Source: Deltaproteobacteria bacterium
GTDB lineage: Bacteria; Desulfobacterota; Deferrimicrobia; J040
Assembly (NCBI GenBank): GCA_003696505.1
Contig: RFHC01000074.1
Span: 1 to 40,757 of the forward strand
DNA length: 40,757 nt
Direction of reading: 5' to 3'
Shown here: in pieces, positions 8,764 through 19,659 of the stretch
Layout: each line of letters opens with the position of its first letter
How positions within the stretch are numbered: position 1 is the stretch's first letter
Translations under genes and position numbers: made by a program
The notes under the pieces: model-generated
Database searches by the model: none
Told to the model about the DNA's origin: nothing
Seen by the model: the letters and a program-made list of their open reading frames with translations, nothing else

Positions 8764-11354
8764 TGGCGAAAATCAGGGTTCGAGACCTCGCGAAGGAACT
8801 GGATGTGAAAAATGCATATCTCATCCAGATTCTCGAGGAGAAGTTCGGACTGTACAACCTGAAGCCGGCGAGCGGGGTCGAAGAGGACATTGCCAATAAA
8901 TTGAGGGACCATGTCATCCGGGAGAAGGATAAGGGGTCTGAGGCGAAAGTCATAAAGAAGGAAGACGGCACCGTCATCAGGAAACACAAAACCTTCGTTC
9001 TGAAAAAGAGGAGACGGGTCCAGAAGGAGGAGGCTCCCGCTGGGGAGGGGGCAGCCGAGGAACCGGCAAAAGAGATTTCAGAGGAAGGTGTGGCCCGGGA
9101 AGAAAAGGTGGCGAAAGAGGAAACCGCCCCGCCTGCCGTTGAAGAGGCGGGAGGTAAGGAGGAGGCACCGGCAGTTGAGAAGAAGAAGGCTAAGAAGGCC
9201 ATCTCCGTGAAGAAACCTGCCCTTTCCCCTGAAGAAGAGGAAGTTGCAAAGGTACAGATCACGAAGGAAACACTCACAGGCGCCTCGGTGAAGGAGGAAG
9301 CGGAAAAGGAGGAACCCGCCGTTTCTCAGCCGGTGGCCACAGCAAAGGTTGTCGACATAGAAGAGAGAAAGAAGGCGAAGAAAAAGCCGAAGCCGGAGAA
9401 GAAAGCCCACAAGGGCGTGCTGAAGAAGAAGGCCCTGGAAGAACTCATCGAAGAAGAGGAGATAAAGGAAGAGGCGGAAAAGCCAGAGGAAGAAAAGAAG
9501 GGCGAAGTGGTGGAGAGGGTCTTCGAGCCCGGTCGGTACCCCCGCAGGCGGAAAGTGGTGGAAAGGGAGAAAAAGGGGCCGGCCACTCTTCCGCCAAAGG
9601 AAAGGAAGAAGGTCATAAAGGTGGAAGAGAAAATCTCCGTCATGGAACTTTCGAGGACGATGGGTGTTAAGGTCGTGGAGTTGATGAAGAAATTCCGCGA
9701 CCTGGGAGTCCAGGTGGAGGCAACCGACCCGGTCGATGCCGAAACGGCAGCTCTCGTTGCGGAGGATTTCGGATACAGGGTGGAAAACGTGGCGCCCGAA
9801 TATGAGAAGCTCTTCGAGGAAACAGAAGACCGGGAAGAGGACCTCGTCCCTCGTCCGCCCATCGTGACGGTTATGGGGCACGTCGACCACGGCAAGACGA
9901 CGCTCCTCGACGCAATCAGGAAGACAAACGTGGCGGAAGGAGAAGCCGGGGGAATTACTCAGTCGGTGGGCGCCTCTGAGGTCGAGGTCAACGGGAAGAA
10001 AATCACCTTCATCGACACGCCGGGGCACGAGGCATTCACGCAGATGCGGGCCCGGGGCGGGAAAGCGGCGGACATCGTCATTCTCGTGGTCGCGGCAGAC
10101 GACGGAGTTATGCCTCAGACAATCGAGGCAATCGACCACGCCAGGGCCGCAAACATCCCCATCGTCGTTGCAATTAACAAAATAGACAAGCCAAACGCCA
10201 ATCCCGACCGTGTGAAGAACGAACTGGCGGAACACGGGCTCATCCCTGAAGAGTGGGGAGGTGACGTCCTCTACGCTCACATATCGGCTCTGAAGAAGGA
10301 AGGTCTGGATGAACTCCTGGAGATGGTTCTCCTCCAGGCGGAGATTCTCGACCTGAAGGCAAACCCGAAGAAAAAGGCGAGGGGCGTCATAATCGAAACG
10401 GGCACGGAAAAAGGGAAGGGAAACGCCGCCACTGCGGTCATCAAGGAGGGGACCCTCCGGGTAGGAGACGCAGTCATTGCGGGCACGAGTTTCGGCAGGG
10501 TGAGAGCCCTCATCGACCACAAGGGGAAGAGAATAAAAGAAGCAGGTCCTTCGAAGCCTGTTGAGATACTCGGATTTAACACGGTTCCCACTCCGGGAGA
10601 GATTCTCATTGCCCTCGACGACGAAAAAGTCGCCCGCGAGGTCGCCCTGAAGAGGCTGGAAAAGGAAAAGGAGAAGGAGACCGCAAAGGCACCGAAGATT
10701 TCCCTCGAAGACCTCTACGCGAAAATACAGGAAGGTGAGCTGAAGGAGTTGAACGTGATTGTCAAAGCTGACGTCCAGGGAAGCGTAGACGCGGTGAAGG
10801 GCGTTCTCGAGAAGGTGGGCACGGAGCAGGTGAAAGTAAATGTCATTCACGCTGCCGTGGGAGGGATAACAGAGAGCGACGTCAACCTGGCTTCGGCATC
10901 GGAGGCAATTGTCCTCGGGTTCAGAGTGAGGCCGGACGGGAAGGCGAAGAAAGCGGCAGAGCGGGAGAAGGTAGAGGTGAAAACCTATGACGTCATCTAC
11001 GACCTGATAGACGACGTGAAAAAGGCGATGGTCGGTCTCCTCGAGCCGGAGTACAGGGAAGTTGTTCAGGGAACAGCAGAAGTGAGGGAGACCTTCAACA
11101 TCCCGAAGGTGGGGACAGTTGCGGGCTGTTACGTGACGGAGGGGAAGATTCTCCGAAATGCGAAGGCCCGTGTCCTCAGGGACAGCGTCGTCATTTTCAC
11201 GGGGAACATCGCTTCGCTGAAAAGGTTTAAGGACGACGTCCGGGAAGTCCAGCAGGGTTATGAGTGCGGAATCGGCCTGGAGAACTTCAACGACGTCAAG
11301 CCGGGAGATATCATCGAATGCTTCATTCTCGAAGAAGTGGCTCCTGAACTCTGA
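8763..11354 (+). CDS. infB: Translation initiation factor IF-2
   Basis: N-terminal [70 protein letters not shown]. Start at ATG 8763 overlaps the ylxR stop. Confidence 0.98.
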   Translation: MAKIRVRDLAKELDVKNAYLIQILEEKFGLYNLKPASGVEEDIANKLRDHVIREKDKGSEAKVIKKEDGTVIRKHKTFVLKKRRRVQKEEAPAGEGAAEEPAKEISEEGVAREEKVAKEETAPPAVEEAGGKEEAPAVEKKKAKKAISVKKPALSPEEEEVAKVQITKETLTGASVKEEAEKEEPAVSQPVATAKVVDIEERKKAKKKPKPEKKAHKGVLKKKALEELIEEEEIKEEAEKPEEEKKGEVVERVFEPGRYPRRRKVVEREKKGPATLPPKERKKVIKVEEKISVMELSRTMGVKVVELMKKFRDLGVQVEATDPVDAETAALVAEDFGYRVENVAPEYEKLFEETEDREEDLVPRPPIVTVMGHVDHGKTTLLDAIRKTNVAEGEAGGITQSVGASEVEVNGKKITFIDTPGHEAFTQMRARGGKAADIVILVVAADDGVMPQTIEAIDHARAANIPIVVAINKIDKPNANPDRVKNELAEHGLIPEEWGGDVLYAHISALKKEGLDELLEMVLLQAEILDLKANPKKKARGVIIETGTEKGKGNAATAVIKEGTLRVGDAVIAGTSFGRVRALIDHKGKRIKEAGPSKPVEILGFNTVPTPGEILIALDDEKVAREVALKRLEKEKEKETAKAPKISLEDLYAKIQEGELKELNVIVKADVQGSVDAVKGVLEKVGTEQVKVNVIHAAVGGITESDVNLASASEAIVLGFRVRPDGKAKKAAEREKVEVKTYDVIYDLIDDVKKAMVGLLEPEYREVVQGTAEVRETFNIPKVGTVAGCYVTEGKILRNAKARVLRDSVVIFTGNIASLKRFKDDVREVQQGYECGIGLENFNDVKPGDIIECFILEEVAPEL

Positions 11355-11356
11355 TA

Positions 11357-11644
11357 ATGGTCGTCGGCATCGTCAGTTACGATATTGTCCTCCAGGGGAC
11401 GTCGAATCTGAAGGAGAAGAGGAGCGCTGTGAGAAAGCTGGTGGAACGCATTCGCAACAGGTTCCCCGTTTCCGTGGCTGAGGTGGGTTGCCAGGACCTC
11501 TGGCAGAGGACGGTGATCGGGGTCGCCGTCGTCGGGAACGACCCCGTGGTGATACAGGGAGTTATCGACAGGATTTCTGATTTCATCGATTCGGGGGGAG
11601 AGTACGAGGTCCTCGACAGGGTGGTGGACCTGGTGAGGTACTGA
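11357..11644 (+). CDS. DUF503 (YlxP-like) protein
   Basis: LKEKR, RNRFPVSVAEV..QDLWQR, located between infB and rbfA. Confidence 0.9.
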   Translation: MVVGIVSYDIVLQGTSNLKEKRSAVRKLVERIRNRFPVSVAEVGCQDLWQRTVIGVAVVGNDPVVIQGVIDRISDFIDSGGEYEVLDRVVDLVRY

Positions 11645-11645
11645 T

Positions 11646-12008
11646 ATGGTGCACAAGTTCGACAGGCACGTGAGGGTCGCTAACCTCATCAGGGAGGAAA
11701 TCGCCCTTCTCCTCTCGCGGGAGGTGAAGGACCCGAAACTCCAGACTGTGACCATTACGCACGTGAAGGTGAGCAGGGACCTGAGGAGGGCTCAGGTCTT
11801 CTTCTCATTGATGGGAACTCTCAAAGAGAGAGAGGAGGCGGCGTCGTCGCTCAAACGAGCGGAAGGGTTTATCAGGAGGGAACTGGGGAGGTCACTCCAC
11901 CTGAAGAGGATTCCGGCTCTCACGTTTGAATACGACGATTCATACGAAAAGGGGATGAAGATAGACGCGCTGTTGAAGAAGTTGAAAGAGGGCGGCGAAG
12001 ATGAGTGA
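11646..12008 (+). CDS. rbfA: Ribosome-binding factor A
   Basis: RVANLIREEI, KDPKL, VTITHVKVSRDL, GFIRRELG, IPALTFEYD. Confidence 0.95.
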   Translation: MVHKFDRHVRVANLIREEIALLLSREVKDPKLQTVTITHVKVSRDLRRAQVFFSLMGTLKEREEAASSLKRAEGFIRRELGRSLHLKRIPALTFEYDDSYEKGMKIDALLKKLKEGGEDE

Positions 12009-12963
12009 GATGACGGAAAAACTCCTTTCTGTGATAAGGGAAGGGACATCTTTTCTCGTTTCAACCCACGTAAACCCTGAGGGAGACGCGATTGGCTCGG
12101 AAATCGCCTTTGCCCTGGGTTTGAGGAAAATGGGGAAGATGGTGTACGTGTACAATCAGGACCCTGTCCCGTACTATCTCAGATTCCTCGAAGGAGCCGA
12201 CCTCATTCACACGGAACCACCCGACACGGATTTCGAGGTGGGGGTCCTGCTCGACTGCGCGTCACCGGAGAGGACGGGGACCGCAGGGGAGGCCGTGGAT
12301 TCCTGCGAAACCCTCATTTGCATTGACCATCACATCACGAACGGGGGGTATGGAGACGCCTACCTGATTGACCCGGCTGCGTCTTCGACGGGGGAACTCG
12401 TTTTTACGGTCCTCGAGAGGCTTGGAGTGGAGATAGACCTCCCCATCGGGAACGCTCTCTGGGTTTCCATTGCGACGGATACGGGGTGGTTTCGCTATTC
12501 CAACACGACGGAAAAAAGCCTCGAGATTGCCCGCACCTTGCTCTCGCTCGGCGTGAAACCGTGGGTCCTCTCGGAGGAGTTGTACGGTTGCGACCCCCCC
12601 GAGAGGTACTACCTCCTCTCCCGCCTTCTCCACAGGATGGAGGTGGACGACGGTGTCGCATCCATGACGGTTTTCAAGAGGGACATGGAGGACTTCGGCG
12701 CCACGAAGGACTTCCTCGAGGGTTTTATAAATTATCCGCGCTCCCTGAAAGGAGTAAAGGTTGCGGTCCTTTACAGGGAAGAGGACGGTAAAGTGAAGGT
12801 TTCCCTCAGGGCGCGGGGTGACGTGAACGTGGACGGGTTCGCCCGCTCCTTCGGAGGAGGAGGGCACGAAAAAGCCGCGGGTTTTACCCTCACCGGGTCG
12901 GTGGAGGAAGTGAAAAGCTTGGTACACGGAAAACTGAAGGAGTTCCTCAAGGAATATGCGTAA
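12001..12963 (+). CDS. nrnA: DHH/DHHA1 bifunctional oligoribonuclease / pAp phosphatase
   Basis: THVNPEGDAIGS, LLDC, IDHH, ATDTGWFRY, VSLR, GGGGHEKAAG. Confidence 0.9.
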   Translation: MSEMTEKLLSVIREGTSFLVSTHVNPEGDAIGSEIAFALGLRKMGKMVYVYNQDPVPYYLRFLEGADLIHTEPPDTDFEVGVLLDCASPERTGTAGEAVDSCETLICIDHHITNGGYGDAYLIDPAASSTGELVFTVLERLGVEIDLPIGNALWVSIATDTGWFRYSNTTEKSLEIARTLLSLGVKPWVLSEELYGCDPPERYYLLSRLLHRMEVDDGVASMTVFKRDMEDFGATKDFLEGFINYPRSLKGVKVAVLYREEDGKVKVSLRARGDVNVDGFARSFGGGGHEKAAGFTLTGSVEEVKSLVHGKLKEFLKEYA

Positions 12964-13855
12964 TCAGATAAGCGGAGTCGTCAACCTGTACAAGGAGAAA
13001 GGATACACCTCCTTTGCTGCGACGGAAAAGGTGAAGAGGCTTTTCCGGGCGAGAAAGGCAGGTCACGGAGGGACCCTCGACCCGGAGGCGGAGGGCGTCC
13101 TCCCCATCCTCCTGGGAAAGGCGACGAAGATATCCACCCTCTTTCTCAACGCGGACAAGAGTTACCGGATGAAAATTCTCTTCGGAGTGGAGACGGATAC
13201 CCACGACCTGACCGGTCAGGTCCTGAGGAGGGTCGAGGATTTTCACCTCGACGAGGAAAGGGTGAGGGAGGCGCTCGAGAAATTCGTCGGGACTTACGAG
13301 CAGGTACCGCCGAGGTTTTCCGCCGTCAAGGTGGATGGGAAGAGGGCTTACGACCTCGCCCGGAAAGGAATTGACTTCGACCTTCCCGCGAAGGTCGTCA
13401 CCTGTCACGAAGCGACGCTCGTTTCGTTCGATGGGAAGGAGGCCGAGGTATTCGTCCGTTGTAAGGCAGGTTTCTACCTCAGGGCGATGGTGAGAGACCT
13501 GGGCGAAGCCGTAGGTGTCCCCGCCGTGGCGTCTCACATCCGAAGGGAAGAGGCGGGTTTCATGACGGTGGATACGTCCCTGAAGATATCCGAACTCTCG
13601 GAGATGAAGAGGGAGGGCAGGCTTGAGGAAGCCGTCAGGTCGATAGACGAAGCCCTCTCTCACTATCCCTCCATCAGGGTCCCCGATTTCGTGAAAAAGA
13701 GGGTTCTCGTCGGATGTCCCCCGGAAGAATACATGCCCCTTTCGCCTCCAGAGGGAATTTACAAAATCAAGGACGAGGAAGAGAACGTCATCGCCCTCGT
13801 GAAAAGGACGGGGGAGGGGAGGTTCGAATACGTGTGCGTCCTCGGAGAGTCGTGA
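12956..13855 (+). CDS. truB: tRNA pseudouridine(55) synthase
   Basis: K.KGYTS, KAGHGGTLDPEAEG (catalytic Asp), TDTHDLTG, QVPPRFSAVKVDGKRAY, GFYLRAMVRDLG. Confidence 0.95.
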   Translation: MRNQISGVVNLYKEKGYTSFAATEKVKRLFRARKAGHGGTLDPEAEGVLPILLGKATKISTLFLNADKSYRMKILFGVETDTHDLTGQVLRRVEDFHLDEERVREALEKFVGTYEQVPPRFSAVKVDGKRAYDLARKGIDFDLPAKVVTCHEATLVSFDGKEAEVFVRCKAGFYLRAMVRDLGEAVGVPAVASHIRREEAGFMTVDTSLKISELSEMKREGRLEEAVRSIDEALSHYPSIRVPDFVKKRVLVGCPPEEYMPLSPPEGIYKIKDEEENVIALVKRTGEGRFEYVCVLGES

Positions 13856-13861
13856 AACAGG

Positions 13862-13890
13862 TTTAAGAAAAAAGAGATTTGATATAGAAT
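13862..13890 (+). promoter_or_regulatory. Putative internal sigma70 promoter for rpsO-pnp
   Basis: TTTAAG (13862-13867), 17 bp, then TAGAAT (13885-13890) in an AT-rich gap. Strong GGAGG RBS before rpsO. Confidence 0.5.
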
Positions 13891-13922
13891 AAACCGTTCC
13901 ACTCAGAAAGGGAGGTTAGAAC

Positions 13923-14192
13923 ATGGCACTGACACCTGAGAAGAAGAGGGAGATCATCGAAAAGTTCAAAACCCATGAAGGCGACACCGGATCTCCCGAA
14001 GTGCAAATTGCTCTCCTCACAGCACGGATCAACGAAATAACGGAGCATCTGAAGGTCCACAAGAAGGATTTCAGTTCGAGGCGGGGACTTCTCAAGCTCG
14101 TCAGCCAGAGGAGGAGGCTCCTCGATTACCTCAAGGACAGGGACAGCGAAAGATACCGCCGGATCATCGAGGCCCTCGGACTGAGGAAGTAA
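13923..14192 (+). CDS. rpsO: 30S ribosomal protein S15
   Basis: 89 aa with [31 protein letters not shown] and LGLRK. Confidence 0.98.
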   Translation: MALTPEKKREIIEKFKTHEGDTGSPEVQIALLTARINEITEHLKVHKKDFSSRRGLLKLVSQRRRLLDYLKDRDSERYRRIIEALGLRK

Positions 14193-14219
14193 CGAAACTA
14201 CAGCAGTTCAGGAGAAGAA

Positions 14220-16373
14220 ATGGAAAAGAGATACGTCGTCCCTGTTGACGGGAAAGAAATCATCATCGAGACCGGCCGTCTGGCGAAGCAGGCGGGCGGG
14301 AGCGTCGTGGTGAGGATGGGAGATTCGGTCGTCCTCGTCACGGCCTGCGTCTCTGAAAAACCGAGGGAGGGGGTCGACTTTCTCCCCCTCGTCGTTGATT
14401 ACCAGGAAAAGACCTTTGCGGCCGGGAGGATTCCCGGCGGGTTTTTCAAGAGGGAGGGGAGGCCCTCTGAACACGAGATTCTCGTCTCGCGGCTCATCGA
14501 CAGGCCGATAAGGCCCCTCTTCCCCGATAACTTCTTCTACGATACCCAGATAATCGCGACGGTCCTCTCCATGGATTACGACAACCCCCCCGAAGCGCTC
14601 GCAATCGTGGGAGCTTCCTGCGCTCTCACGCTCTCGGAAGCCCCCTTCCAGGGGCCCATAGCGGCAGTCCGCGTGTCGAGGAAGGACGGGAAGTTTGTGG
14701 TGAATCCTCCCATCTCGGTCATTGAGGAGTCGGACCTGGACATCATCGTTGCCGGGAGTCGTGGTGGCGTAACCATGGTCGAAGGAGAGGCAGCTGAGGT
14801 CCCGGAGGAAGAAGTCCTCGATGCCATACTCTACGGGTGGGAGGCCCTTCAACCCCTCATCGACGTCCAGGAGCAGATGCTCCATGAAATCGGAAAGAAA
14901 ACCGTGGACTTCGACATTCCCACTCTCGACGACGAAACGAGAGAAAAAATAGATTCCATGGCTCGCGCAAAACTGGAAGAAGCGTTTCTCATTCCCGACA
15001 AGCTGGCCAGGCGGGAGAGGGTTGCCGAAATTTGGGAGGAAGTTAGGGATTCCTTCAGCGAAGAAGAGATTCTCGAAAAGGGTGTCGTCATCGCCTCAGC
15101 CTTCAAAGAGTTGGAAAAAGAGGTGGTCAGAAAGAGGATTCTCGAACAGGGTCTTCGAATTGACGGGAGAAGACCCGAGGATATCAGGCCGATATGGTGC
15201 GAGGCCGGAGTCCTCCCCCGCACTCACGGGTCTGCCATCTTCACCCGGGGAGAGACTCAGGTCCTCGTTACGACGACTCTCGGCACAGCGGAGGATGAAC
15301 AGATAATTGACGACTTCTCCGGGGAGACGTCGAAGAGATTCATGCTCCACTACAACTTCCCCCCGTACTCCGTCGGGGAGGTGAGGATGCTCCGCGCGCC
15401 GGCGCGGCGGGAAATCGGGCACGGAGCGCTTGCCGAGAGGGCAGTGGAGAGACTCCTCCCTCCTGAGGAGGAGTTTCCCTACACGATACGCGTCGTCTCA
15501 GAGGTCCTGGAGTCGAACGGTTCTTCGTCGATGGCAACCGTCTGCGGTGCATCCCTTTCACTCATGGACGCGGGAGTCCCCCTGAAGGCCGCTGTAGGCG
15601 GAATTGCCATGGGGCTCATCATCGAAGGGGACAGGGCGGTAATTCTCTCCGACATACTTGGCGACGAAGACCACCTGGGGGACATGGATTTCAAGGTGGC
15701 GGGGACGAGGAAGGGTGTTACCGCCATCCAGATGGACATCAAGGTAGAACGGGTCCAGCGCGAAGTTCTCCAGAGAGCCCTCGTTCAGGCGAGAGAGGGG
15801 AGATTACACATCCTCGATAAGATGGACGAGGTCCTGGACAAACCGAGGCCTGAGCTTTCTCCCTACGCGCCCCGCTTCGAAGTGGTGGAGGTGAAACCGG
15901 AGAAGATTAGAGACATTATCGGGCCCGGTGGAAAGACGATTCGGGGAATCATCGAGAAGACGGGTGTGAAGATAGATATAGAAGAGAACGGAATCGTTCG
16001 CATATACTCTCCCGATAAAAACGCCGTCGAGGAGGCGGTGAAAATCGTCAAGGAACTGACGAGGGAAGCGGAGCTCGGCCGCTCATACGTGGGGAAGGTG
16101 AAGAGGATAACCGACTTCGGGGCTTTCGTCGAGATATTCCCCGGGACGGAGGGGCTCCTCCACATTTCCCAGATTTCGCACCAGCGGATTCGGTCCGTTT
16201 CCGACATCCTCAAAGAGGGAGACGAGGTCCTCGTCAAAGTCATAGAGATAGACAGCGACGGGAAGATAAGGCTCAGCAGGAAAGAACTGATCAAGGACGA
16301 CAGACCTCCGGAGAGGCCGAGGCACCACTCCAGGAGACCGGCGCCGAGAGGAAAGCCCACCCCGAGGAAATAG
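14220..16373 (+). CDS. pnp: Polyribonucleotide nucleotidyltransferase (PNPase)
   Basis: ETGRLAKQA, IPGGFFKREGRP, RLIDRPIRP, FTRGETQ, RREIGHG, ESNGSSSMA, EDHLGDMDFKVAG, followed by KH and S1 domains. Confidence 0.98.
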   Translation: MEKRYVVPVDGKEIIIETGRLAKQAGGSVVVRMGDSVVLVTACVSEKPREGVDFLPLVVDYQEKTFAAGRIPGGFFKREGRPSEHEILVSRLIDRPIRPLFPDNFFYDTQIIATVLSMDYDNPPEALAIVGASCALTLSEAPFQGPIAAVRVSRKDGKFVVNPPISVIEESDLDIIVAGSRGGVTMVEGEAAEVPEEEVLDAILYGWEALQPLIDVQEQMLHEIGKKTVDFDIPTLDDETREKIDSMARAKLEEAFLIPDKLARRERVAEIWEEVRDSFSEEEILEKGVVIASAFKELEKEVVRKRILEQGLRIDGRRPEDIRPIWCEAGVLPRTHGSAIFTRGETQVLVTTTLGTAEDEQIIDDFSGETSKRFMLHYNFPPYSVGEVRMLRAPARREIGHGALAERAVERLLPPEEEFPYTIRVVSEVLESNGSSSMATVCGASLSLMDAGVPLKAAVGGIAMGLIIEGDRAVILSDILGDEDHLGDMDFKVAGTRKGVTAIQMDIKVERVQREVLQRALVQAREGRLHILDKMDEVLDKPRPELSPYAPRFEVVEVKPEKIRDIIGPGGKTIRGIIEKTGVKIDIEENGIVRIYSPDKNAVEEAVKIVKELTREAELGRSYVGKVKRITDFGAFVEIFPGTEGLLHISQISHQRIRSVSDILKEGDEVLVKVIEIDSDGKIRLSRKELIKDDRPPERPRHHSRRPAPRGKPTPRK

Positions 16374-16379
16374 CGCTGA

Positions 16380-17633
16380 ATGTTTGAAAAATCCGTTCTC
16401 CCAGGCGGAATATCCATACTGACGGAGCGTCTCGACCACGTCCCTTCGGTTTCCCTTGGAATCTGGGTGAGGGGAGGGTCCCGGCACGAGCCGGAAAACC
16501 TCTGTGGCATCACCCACTTCATTGAGCACATGCTCTTCAAGGGGACGGAGAAGAGGACTCCCTTCATGATTTCCAGCGAAATCGAGTCCGTGGGAGGTGT
16601 CCTCAACGCCTTTACGAGCAAGGAATACACCTTCTTCTATTCCAAGGTCTTGAAGGAACACCTCCCCCTGGCGGCAGATATTCTCATTGACATTTTCACG
16701 TCATCCACTTTCGACGGGGATGAACTGGAGAGGGAGAAGCAGGTCGTCAACCAGGAAATTCTCATGATAGAGGACAACCCTGAAGACTACGTCCATGACT
16801 TCCTCTTCGAAAAGTTCTACCCCCTATCCCCTCTCGGGAGACCGGTGCAGGGTTACAGTCAAACGGTCCTTTCGCTGAACAGGGAGGAAGTGGTTCGCTA
16901 CTTTTCCGAGACGTTTTCAAAGCTCGGCGTGATGGTCGTGGCCGTGGGGAACCTGCACCATCAGGAAGTGGTGGACCTCTTTGCCCCCGCACTATCGGGG
17001 GAGAGATTCAGGGAGAAACCCCCACGGTCAGAGAGGCCCAGGGCGAACAGAGGAGTGTTTGTCTCGCAGAGGGACATCGAGCAGGTTCACCTCTGCGTCG
17101 CCTTTCCCGCTCCGTCGAAAAAGGACCCGGCCAGGAGGGCGGCGAAGGTTCTCAGAACCATAGCCGGCGGAGGGATGTCGAGCCGCCTCTTTCAGGAGGT
17201 GAGGGAGAAGAGGGGACTGGCATACTCCATTCACTCTTCCCTCTCCACTTTCTCCGACGCGGGGATGTTTCGCGTGTACGGGGGAACGACTCCCGAAAAG
17301 GTTCCGGAACTTCTTCAGGTGACGCTCAGCGTTCTCCGGGAAATGAGAGACGGAGGAATTACGGACGAGGAGTTAAGCCGGGGAAAGGAACAGTTGAAGG
17401 GTCATCTCCTCCTCAATTACGAGAGCACCGATTACCGCCTCATTCAACTTGCGACGAACGAGATGTACTACGGAAAGTATATGACACCGGAGGAAATCGC
17501 CCGGGAAATAGACCTTGTGGAGAAGAAAGACCTGATGGGTTACATGGAAGAACACTTCCGCGAGGAAGAACTCGTCGTTGCGGCCGTTGGGGCCGTTGAC
17601 GCGAAAGACCTCTCCGTAGGGCAGGTGTTGTGA
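16380..17633 (+). CDS. M16 (pitrilysin/processing peptidase) family zinc metallopeptidase
   Basis: Inverted zinc motif HFIEHMLFKGT, LNAFT, SSRLFQEVREKRGLAY. Typical position after pnp. Confidence 0.93.
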   Translation: MFEKSVLPGGISILTERLDHVPSVSLGIWVRGGSRHEPENLCGITHFIEHMLFKGTEKRTPFMISSEIESVGGVLNAFTSKEYTFFYSKVLKEHLPLAADILIDIFTSSTFDGDELEREKQVVNQEILMIEDNPEDYVHDFLFEKFYPLSPLGRPVQGYSQTVLSLNREEVVRYFSETFSKLGVMVVAVGNLHHQEVVDLFAPALSGERFREKPPRSERPRANRGVFVSQRDIEQVHLCVAFPAPSKKDPARRAAKVLRTIAGGGMSSRLFQEVREKRGLAYSIHSSLSTFSDAGMFRVYGGTTPEKVPELLQVTLSVLREMRDGGITDEELSRGKEQLKGHLLLNYESTDYRLIQLATNEMYYGKYMTPEEIAREIDLVEKKDLMGYMEEHFREEELVVAAVGAVDAKDLSVGQVL

Positions 17634-18079
17634 GCGAGTGGAAGGTGAAGGTAAAACTCGTGGGAGATGCGGACCCCTCCTTTATCCCGGAAAGGAAGAC
17701 GGATGGAGCAGTCGGTTTCGACCTGAGGGCCCGCGTCGACGGTGAGCTGGTCCTGAAGCCTTTCGAGAGGGCTCTCATTCCGACGGGAATTGCCATCTCC
17801 ATGCCCCCCTGGATGGAGGCTCAGGTCCGGCCCCGGTCAGGGCTTGCCGCAAAACACGGCGTGACCCTCCTCAATTCGCCCGGGACGGTTGACCCTGACT
17901 ATCGGGGGGAGATAAAGGTGATTGCCATCAACCTCGGAAGTGACGAGTTCCGGGTCCGCAGGGGGGACAGAATCGCTCAGCTCGTTTTCTCCCGAACCAT
18001 TCCCGTCTCTCTCGAAACCGTCGACGAGCTGGACGAAACTGCCCGGGGGAAGGGCGGGTTCGGCAGCACGGGGAAATAG
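17630..18079 (+). CDS. dut: dUTP diphosphatase
   Basis: GFDL, QVRPRSGLA, NSPGTVDPDYRGE, RIAQL, RGKGGFGSTG. Confidence 0.96.
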   Translation: MSEWKVKVKLVGDADPSFIPERKTDGAVGFDLRARVDGELVLKPFERALIPTGIAISMPPWMEAQVRPRSGLAAKHGVTLLNSPGTVDPDYRGEIKVIAINLGSDEFRVRRGDRIAQLVFSRTIPVSLETVDELDETARGKGGFGSTGK

Positions 18080-18092
18080 AGGAGGTCTCACA

Positions 18093-19406
18093 GTGATTGA
18101 GAGATATACACGCCGGGAAATGGCAGAAATCTGGGAACCGGAAAACAGGTTCAGAATCTGGCTCGCCATCGAGATATACGCTGCTGAGGCGATGAGCCAC
18201 CTCGGGCTCGTCCCGCAGGATGCCCTCATCCGGATAAAGAGGAGGGCGAATTTCGACGTGCAGAAGATAGACGAATACGAGCAGGTGGTGAAGCACGACG
18301 TCATCGCCTTCCTCACTTCCGTGGCGGACTACATCGGGGAAGACTCTGCGTATCTCCACATGGGTCTCACGTCGTCCGACATCCTGGATACGGCCTTCGC
18401 CGTGCAGTTGAAACAGGCGACGGACATTCTCATAGAGGACGTGAAGGAAATCATCGCCGTTCTCCAGGAGAAGGCGGAAAGGTACCGGGACGTCCCGGTC
18501 ATGGGGAGAACCCACGGGGTTCACGCAGAGCCCGTTACTTTCGGCCTCAAGTTTCTCTCTTGGCTGGAAGAGATGAAGCGCAACCTGAAGAGGCTGAGGG
18601 AGGCGAGGAGAGAAGTTGCTGTTGGAAAGCTGAGCGGGGCGGTCGGGACCTTCGCGAACGTGGACCCGTACGTGGAAGAGTACGTGATGAGAAAACTCGG
18701 CCTGAAACCGGAGCCTGTTTCCACACAGATTGTCCCCCGTGACAGGCACGCACGGTACTTCACCACGCTTGCTGTTATCGGTTCATCAATAGAGAGGTTT
18801 GCCGTTGAAATACGCCACCTCCAGAGGACAGAAGTCAGGGAGGCCGAAGAGTTCTTCTCAAAGGGGCAGAAGGGGTCATCCGCCATGCCTCACAAGAGAA
18901 ACCCGATACTGTCGGAAAACCTCTCCGGCCTCGCCCGACTCCTCAGAGGTTATGCCCTCTCGTCCATGGAAAACGTTGCTCTCTGGCACGAAAGGGACAT
19001 ATCCCACTCGTCCGTCGAACGGGTCATCGGTCCCGATGCTACCATCGTCCTCGACTTCATGCTCCGCCGGTTTCTCGGAGTGTTGAAGAACCTCGTCGTT
19101 TACCCGGAGAAGGCGGCGGAGAACATAGAGAAGAGTTATAACCTTTTCTTTTCCCAGAGGCTTATGCTGGAGCTCGCGAAGAAGGGCCTCCCGAGGAACA
19201 GGGCATATGAAATAGTCCAGGAAATCGCCATGCGCTCGTGGGAGAAGGGGAGAGACTTCAAGAAGCTCGTCCTCTCCTCCCGGAAGGTCCAGAAGTACCT
19301 GACGAGAGAGGAGATGGAATCGATTTTCGATATCCGGTATTATTTCAGAAACGTCGGTTACATCTACGGCAGGTGTTTGAAGGAAAAAAGAGGGGAAAAG
19401 GAGTAG
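18093..19406 (+). CDS. purB: Adenylosuccinate lyase
   Basis: MIERY start (GTG 18093 after GGAGG), HDVIAF, HMGLTSSD, GRTHGVHAEP, GSSAMPHKRNP, HERDISHSSVER. Confidence 0.97.
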   Translation: MIERYTRREMAEIWEPENRFRIWLAIEIYAAEAMSHLGLVPQDALIRIKRRANFDVQKIDEYEQVVKHDVIAFLTSVADYIGEDSAYLHMGLTSSDILDTAFAVQLKQATDILIEDVKEIIAVLQEKAERYRDVPVMGRTHGVHAEPVTFGLKFLSWLEEMKRNLKRLREARREVAVGKLSGAVGTFANVDPYVEEYVMRKLGLKPEPVSTQIVPRDRHARYFTTLAVIGSSIERFAVEIRHLQRTEVREAEEFFSKGQKGSSAMPHKRNPILSENLSGLARLLRGYALSSMENVALWHERDISHSSVERVIGPDATIVLDFMLRRFLGVLKNLVVYPEKAAENIEKSYNLFFSQRLMLELAKKGLPRNRAYEIVQEIAMRSWEKGRDFKKLVLSSRKVQKYLTREEMESIFDIRYYFRNVGYIYGRCLKEKRGEKE

Positions 19407-19407
19407 T

Positions 19408-19656
19408 GTGGTGAAGGCTCACGTCTACGTCACGATGAGGAGGGGAGTCCTTGAGCCCCAGGGGAGGGCCGTCCAGAAGTCTCTCGAGAATCTCGGATAC
19501 ACGCAAGTGAAGGGAGTGAGGATAGGGAAGTTCATCGAGGTAGAACTGGATGGAGTTTCCCGGCAGGAGGCTGAGAATATCCTGGAGGAAATCTGCAGGA
19601 AACTCCTCGCTAACCCCGTCATCGAGGATTTCCGCTTCGAAATCGTCGAGGAGTGA
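19408..19656 (+). CDS. purS: FGAM synthase subunit PurS
   Basis: VLEPQG, VRIGK, LLANPVIEDF. Confidence 0.93.
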   Translation: MVKAHVYVTMRRGVLEPQGRAVQKSLENLGYTQVKGVRIGKFIEVELDGVSRQEAENILEEICRKLLANPVIEDFRFEIVEE

Positions 19657-19659
19657 CTC

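Noticed and set aside
9078-10850. Long antisense ORFs (this one, plus 7031-8524, 5468-6853, 22654-23979, 34040-35491, 38134-39333 and others)
   Set aside because: They shadow well-supported genes, contain no recognisable motifs, and are expected from GC-rich codon bias.
17922-18092. N-terminal extension of PurB
   Set aside because: It overlaps dut. The GGAGG RBS and MIERY consensus place the start at GTG 18093.
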